From a virus: a stretch of 64,000 nucleotides of DNA. Position 1 is the first letter of the stretch; every line of letters starts with the position of its first letter. The stretch is taken from the UHGV virus genome UHGV-1372779; one strand, 5' to 3'. The translations under genes and the position numbers were made by a program. Shown here one piece after another: positions 60,350 through 64,000 of the stretch. Below the pieces are notes generated by a model, which did not search any database, was not told the origin of the DNA, and saw nothing but the letters and a program-made list of their open reading frames with translations.

Positions 60350-61318
60350 TCAAAATATAACAGGTTTATTTCTCTCTTCTAAGTCTTGTAAAACAAGTTG
60401 TTTTTTATAATATTTAAGCATCCTAATTATATCTTCTTTTCTGTAATCAAGAACATATTCATTAACTTGACCATCATGGGTAAAGTGAACTATTCTTAAT
60501 TCATCTATAATAAAATTAGGATTCATTTTTTGAACCATCCAAGCATATAAGGATAATTGTAATGTATAATGCATGTAATTACAATCTTGGATATTATTTA
60601 AAGGATATTTCATCATTTCATGAGATCCTTTTTTCTTATCATAATAAGACTCCATTTTTAGTTCCTTATTAGTCTTCCAGTCCCAAATTTTAATATGATT
60701 ACCATCTTTAATAAGTAAATCAGATTGACCAGCTATTCTTAATAATCCATCTTTAGATACTGATGATAAAAGTATTTCAGGATAAATAGCTCTTTCTAAA
60801 TCTAATTTATGGTAATTTTTATTTACTTTGAATTTATTCCCAACATTAAATTTATCAATCATTTTCTGTGGGTTCATGTAAAAAGTATTTTCTTGTTTGG
60901 CATGAACTCTAGTCCCATGCTCACAGGCTTCTTTATTAGTGTCTTTCCACCCAGATTTAACCTCTTCACATTTAGATTCAAAGTCTTCTGGAGAGATTCC
61001 AAAATTTAAATAATAAGAATCATCCCATATTTTTTTATCTAATAACTTCTTTTTTACTGAAGAAAATTGATCAGCTCCAACTAAAGCTTCTAAGGCTTTA
61101 TATTTACTCCAAAAATCACCATCGAATTTATTCTCAAATAATCCTATTAGAGTAGTCACTGATATAAACTTTTTATCTTGTACTAATCCAGACTTACCTA
61201 CGTATATATGCTTTTCATCATTATATACAACATCATCTGTTTCCTTATCTATCACTAATTCTTCACCACCAAATCGGAAATGTTTACTTACATCTCCATC
61301 ATTCATACTCATTGTCAT
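60350..61318 (-). CDS. PD-(D/E)XK family exonuclease (YqaJ/lambda-exo/Cas4-like).
   Basis: D…DWK followed by a Y..QL..Y motif. Confidence 0.5.
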   Translation of the reverse strand: MTMSMNDGDVSKHFRFGGEELVIDKETDDVVYNDEKHIYVGKSGLVQDKKFISVTTLIGLFENKFDGDFWSKYKALEALVGADQFSSVKKKLLDKKIWDDSYYLNFGISPEDFESKCEEVKSGWKDTNKEACEHGTRVHAKQENTFYMNPQKMIDKFNVGNKFKVNKNYHKLDLERAIYPEILLSSVSKDGLLRIAGQSDLLIKDGNHIKIWDWKTNKELKMESYYDKKKGSHEMMKYPLNNIQDCNYMHYTLQLSLYAWMVQKMNPNFIIDELRIVHFTHDGQVNEYVLDYRKEDIIRMLKYYKKQLVLQDLEERNKPVIF

Positions 61319-61325
61319 AATATCA

Positions 61326-62009
61326 TCATTTTTTCTTTAATTTTCCCTCATAGTCAAATAGATCACTTAAATCCCTTAATGCAACTGATTCCTCATAGAA
61401 AATTTTATTAGTATCTCTATAAGTAGAATCAGCATAACTTACTCCAACAAACCCAATCGGTGTGCCATGTAATTCAAAATACATCAAGTACATTTGTTTA
61501 GTAGAATTCTTTTTAACCATAGTATAAGTAATAGGATCATAATATTTAATTTCCTCTATATCCCTTATTGCTACAGTATTCTCAGTAAACACTCTTGACA
61601 TAGTTTTAAAATTGGAATTGTTTTGCTTTTGGTAATTACTGGCAATTGAAGTAATTCCGGGTTTAACATCTTCATTATTAATGGTAAAGTATAAGAAGTG
61701 AAGTCCAGTTAATCCAGTAACAGTGTTACTATACTCACCAAGAAAAGTTCTGTCAGCACCTAATCTAAGTCTTAGATTTTTTAAGATTTTATCAATCTCT
61801 CCAGAAATCTCTCCTCGATATTTAATAATCCTATCTTGCATATCTCGTCTTTCCACAAAAACAGAATGAACTCCATTTTCAATAGCATTCTTTACATAAC
61901 TAGGAACGCCAAGCATAGCAAGTATAAGAACTGTTATTAAAAAACACTTAGGATGTTTAATGACTTTGTGCTTTATCAAAGTATTAAACAATTCAATTAA
62001 TTTTATCAT
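61326..62009 (-). CDS. Membrane-anchored hypothetical protein (227 aa).
   Basis: N-terminal TM segment CFLITVLILAMLGV. Confidence 0.45.
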   Translation of the reverse strand: MIKLIELFNTLIKHKVIKHPKCFLITVLILAMLGVPSYVKNAIENGVHSVFVERRDMQDRIIKYRGEISGEIDKILKNLRLRLGADRTFLGEYSNTVTGLTGLHFLYFTINNEDVKPGITSIASNYQKQNNSNFKTMSRVFTENTVAIRDIEEIKYYDPITYTMVKKNSTKQMYLMYFELHGTPIGFVGVSYADSTYRDTNKIFYEESVALRDLSDLFDYEGKLKKK

Positions 62010-62059
62010 TCCTATACCCTAATTAATTTATGATTAGATTTACTTTTTATTCTGCAAAT

Positions 62060-62075
62060 ATAATTATATCTTGCA
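62060..62075 (-). promoter_or_regulatory. TAnnTTTG (-7) motif (rc of 62064-71, AATTATATTTGCAGAA) in the divergent promoter region.
   Basis: Same TATATTTGCA motif as the two stronger promoters, but the -33 element is imperfect. Confidence 0.3.
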
Positions 62076-62120
62076 ACATAAAAAAGATATAATATGAGTT
62101 TTTAAAATTTTTATCATGAA

Positions 62121-62438
62121 GTGATTATTAGACAATTAAATTATATTGATATGAGTTTAAGTATAAAAGATTTTCAAAATTTAAACATAGACTTATCTGG
62201 CATAGACTTGTCAGAATATATAGATGAAACAGAAAATTCATTGGATGAACAAATGGAATTATTTCTAAAGAAAGGTGGTAAGATACATATAAAGAAAGCT
62301 AATAGAGGTAAGTTTACTAAATATTGTGGAGGAAAAGTTACTTCCAAATGTATTGCTAAGGGAAAGAATAGTTCTGATCCCGCAGTTAGGAAGAGGGCTA
62401 CCTTTGCTCAAAATGCCAGGCGCTGGCATAAGAAATAA
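62121..62438 (+). CDS. Basic hypothetical protein (105 aa).
   Basis: ORF track; the first plus-strand gene after the strand switch. Confidence 0.45.
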   Translation: MIIRQLNYIDMSLSIKDFQNLNIDLSGIDLSEYIDETENSLDEQMELFLKKGGKIHIKKANRGKFTKYCGGKVTSKCIAKGKNSSDPAVRKRATFAQNARRWHKK

Positions 62439-62446
62439 TTCTAAAA

Positions 62447-63106
62447 ATGGGAATTAAGAAATTTAAAAAGTGTTCTTGTTGTGAAAAAGAGCTCCCAGCT
62501 AATAAAAACTATTTTAAAAGAATAAAAAATAAAGAGACTTCTAAGGAAGAACTAAGTAATGTTTGTAGAGGGTGTGAAAACAAATTACTGTTAGAAGAGA
62601 ATTGGAAGGACGGTAAATTAAAATGTTTTATATGTGGAGAATATTTAGATGAAGATAACTTTTCACATAGTGAGCATTACGAGTATAGAAATCATAGAGA
62701 TAAAAGATGTACAAAATGTAAAACTTTACAAAGTAAATTAGCAAGATCAAAATATTCAGATGATCAGAAGCTGGAGAAGACTCTTAGAAATAGACTAGAT
62801 GGAGCTAAAAGAAGAGCCATAAAGAAAAATATTCCTTTTGATTTAGATTTGGAATTTATAAGAAAACTGTGGGATGAACAACGTGGACTGTGTAAAGTAT
62901 CTAAGCTGCCTATGACATATACTTTAGATAGTGGAAGAACTTTTTCTAATGTAAGCATTGATCAAATAAATCCTTCTTTAGGATATACTAGAGATAATAT
63001 ACAACTTGTATGTATGTCTATAAATCAATTAAAATCAGATTTTGATATGAATACAGTTTTACTAATTTGCTCTAATGTAGTTAAAAATTACGAAAATGTC
63101 AAGTGA
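62447..63106 (+). CDS. Zn-finger plus HNH-like nuclease-domain protein, with the first catalytic His replaced by Gln.
   Basis: CxxC pairs (CSCC…CRGC…CFIC…CTKC) and the C-terminal SIDQINPSLGYTRDNIQLVCMSINQLK, compared with the HNH pattern DHIxPxxxGGxxxxxNLQxLCxxCNxxK. Confidence 0.4.
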   Translation: MGIKKFKKCSCCEKELPANKNYFKRIKNKETSKEELSNVCRGCENKLLLEENWKDGKLKCFICGEYLDEDNFSHSEHYEYRNHRDKRCTKCKTLQSKLARSKYSDDQKLEKTLRNRLDGAKRRAIKKNIPFDLDLEFIRKLWDEQRGLCKVSKLPMTYTLDSGRTFSNVSIDQINPSLGYTRDNIQLVCMSINQLKSDFDMNTVLLICSNVVKNYENVK

Positions 63107-63821
63107 AAAATATGTAAAAGATATTAGTAAATTTCAAATGGGAGGAACTATGAATGGTTTATCTCCTTTACCCATTTGGAGTTTATTTAAATCTAGTAAA
63201 GAAGTTAGGGAAGAACCTAAAAAAGTATCTAAACAACCTCAATTTGAATCTAATAAATCAATCTATGAGGATAAAATTAAATCTAATCCTAAATTTGATA
63301 AGAGAATAAATTGGGATAATATAGATTGGCTACAGCAATTTTTTCATAAAAATCTAGGATATAAAACATCCTTAGGAATATTACCCTCTGTTATTAAAGA
63401 AAGTTTTGGGAATCCTAAAATTAAACAGATAGGTGGAGGGCCTGGATATGGATTATTACAGTGGGAGAAAGGATCTGATAGATATAATAGAATGATGAAG
63501 TATCGCACTGATAGTATTATTCCAGGAGTAGATCCAGAGCTTCAAAGGCAAGCAGAATTTATTATTAACACTACACTTGACTCTCAGCATCCAGATGATT
63601 GGCATCATGGAGGTAAAGGAAGTGGGTTTAATACTGCTGAAGATGCAAGAAAGGCTTTTATTAGTAGAAAAAGTTCTGCTGAAGAAAAAGCTTATGCATT
63701 GTCTGCTGGATATGTAAGACCTAAAGAAGGATTAAATGAAGCTAAGAGAAGAAGTAAAATGACACACTCATTAGATTCTTTATATAATAGTAAGTATTTT
63801 AAAATGTTATCAAATAAGTAA
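63096..63821 (+). CDS. Hypothetical protein, possibly lytic-transglycosylase-like (weak).
   Basis: ES…GGPGYGLLQW loosely resembles the SLT E-S…GLMQ signature. Confidence 0.25.
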   Translation: MSSEKYVKDISKFQMGGTMNGLSPLPIWSLFKSSKEVREEPKKVSKQPQFESNKSIYEDKIKSNPKFDKRINWDNIDWLQQFFHKNLGYKTSLGILPSVIKESFGNPKIKQIGGGPGYGLLQWEKGSDRYNRMMKYRTDSIIPGVDPELQRQAEFIINTTLDSQHPDDWHHGGKGSGFNTAEDARKAFISRKSSAEEKAYALSAGYVRPKEGLNEAKRRSKMTHSLDSLYNSKYFKMLSNK

Positions 63822-63823
63822 TT

Positions 63824-64000
63824 ATGTTAGGAGGAATAATATTTGTATTCATAGTTTGGTTCGTCCCTATGATTTTATGGTTGATATTCCAAAATCCATT
63901 TAAAAAGAATTCTTCTTGTGAAAGTGGTAAAACTGAGAATAAGTTAGATAAGAAAATATTTTGGGCTGCTTTATCTATTGGTATAGCAATTTTATTAGGA
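63824..64000 (+). CDS. Membrane protein, partial (runs off the window end).
   Basis: The ATG at 63824 opens a stop-free frame to 64000, with two hydrophobic segments. Confidence 0.4.
   Translation, partial: MLGGIIFVFIVWFVPMILWLIFQNPFKKNSSCESGKTENKLDKKIFWAALSIGIAILLG

Noticed and set aside
1-64000. tRNA or other small RNA genes
   Set aside because: The only GC-rich, structured non-coding patches found by eye are explained by the two introns, the DGR TR and spacer, and terminator hairpins. No cloverleaf-like segment was recognised. A tRNAscan run would be needed to be certain.

Overview
The window is AT-rich (about 30% GC) and nearly all coding sequence lies on the minus strand, organised like a tailed-phage late-gene region. 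The strand switches twice (about 1.4-1.6 kb and 62.0-62.1 kb). Read right to left, the module runs: putative small terminase, a large terminase that is interrupted by an intron, portal candidate, many very large virion and tail-fibre proteins, a diversity-generating retroelement (DGR), scaffold-like protein, a major-capsid candidate that is also intron-split, an Ig-domain structural protein, more huge structural proteins, and Gly-rich putative internal proteins. Three intergenic regions carry the Bacteroidetes-type promoter pattern TTTG-N20-TAnnTTTG, which suggests a Bacteroidetes host (crAss-like or other Bacteroides phage); this is an inference.

Main findings:
1. A complete DGR cassette on the minus strand. 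It has a reverse transcriptase with the DGR-specific I/LGxxxSQ motif, a 109-bp template repeat (TR), a 109-bp variable repeat (VR) at the 3' end of a tail-fibre gene whose C-terminus looks like a C-type-lectin (CLec) fold, 20 of 20 TR/VR mismatches at TR adenines, and no Avd-like gene.
2. A group I intron carrying a GIY-YIG homing endonuclease, with recognisable P, Q, R and S core elements, splitting the putative major capsid gene.
3. A second intron carrying a LAGLIDADG homing endonuclease, splitting the large terminase inside its Walker A region.

Other observations: three fibre genes share an N-terminal anchor motif; there is a 33-bp tandem repeat upstream of a DnaA-domain-IV-like gene; rho-independent terminators follow the most plausible high-expression genes; and there are GroES-like, PD-(D/E)XK and HNH-like (His replaced by Gln) accessory genes. 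No tRNA, rRNA or CRISPR array was seen. All protein calls come from motifs read by eye and none has been confirmed by database search.
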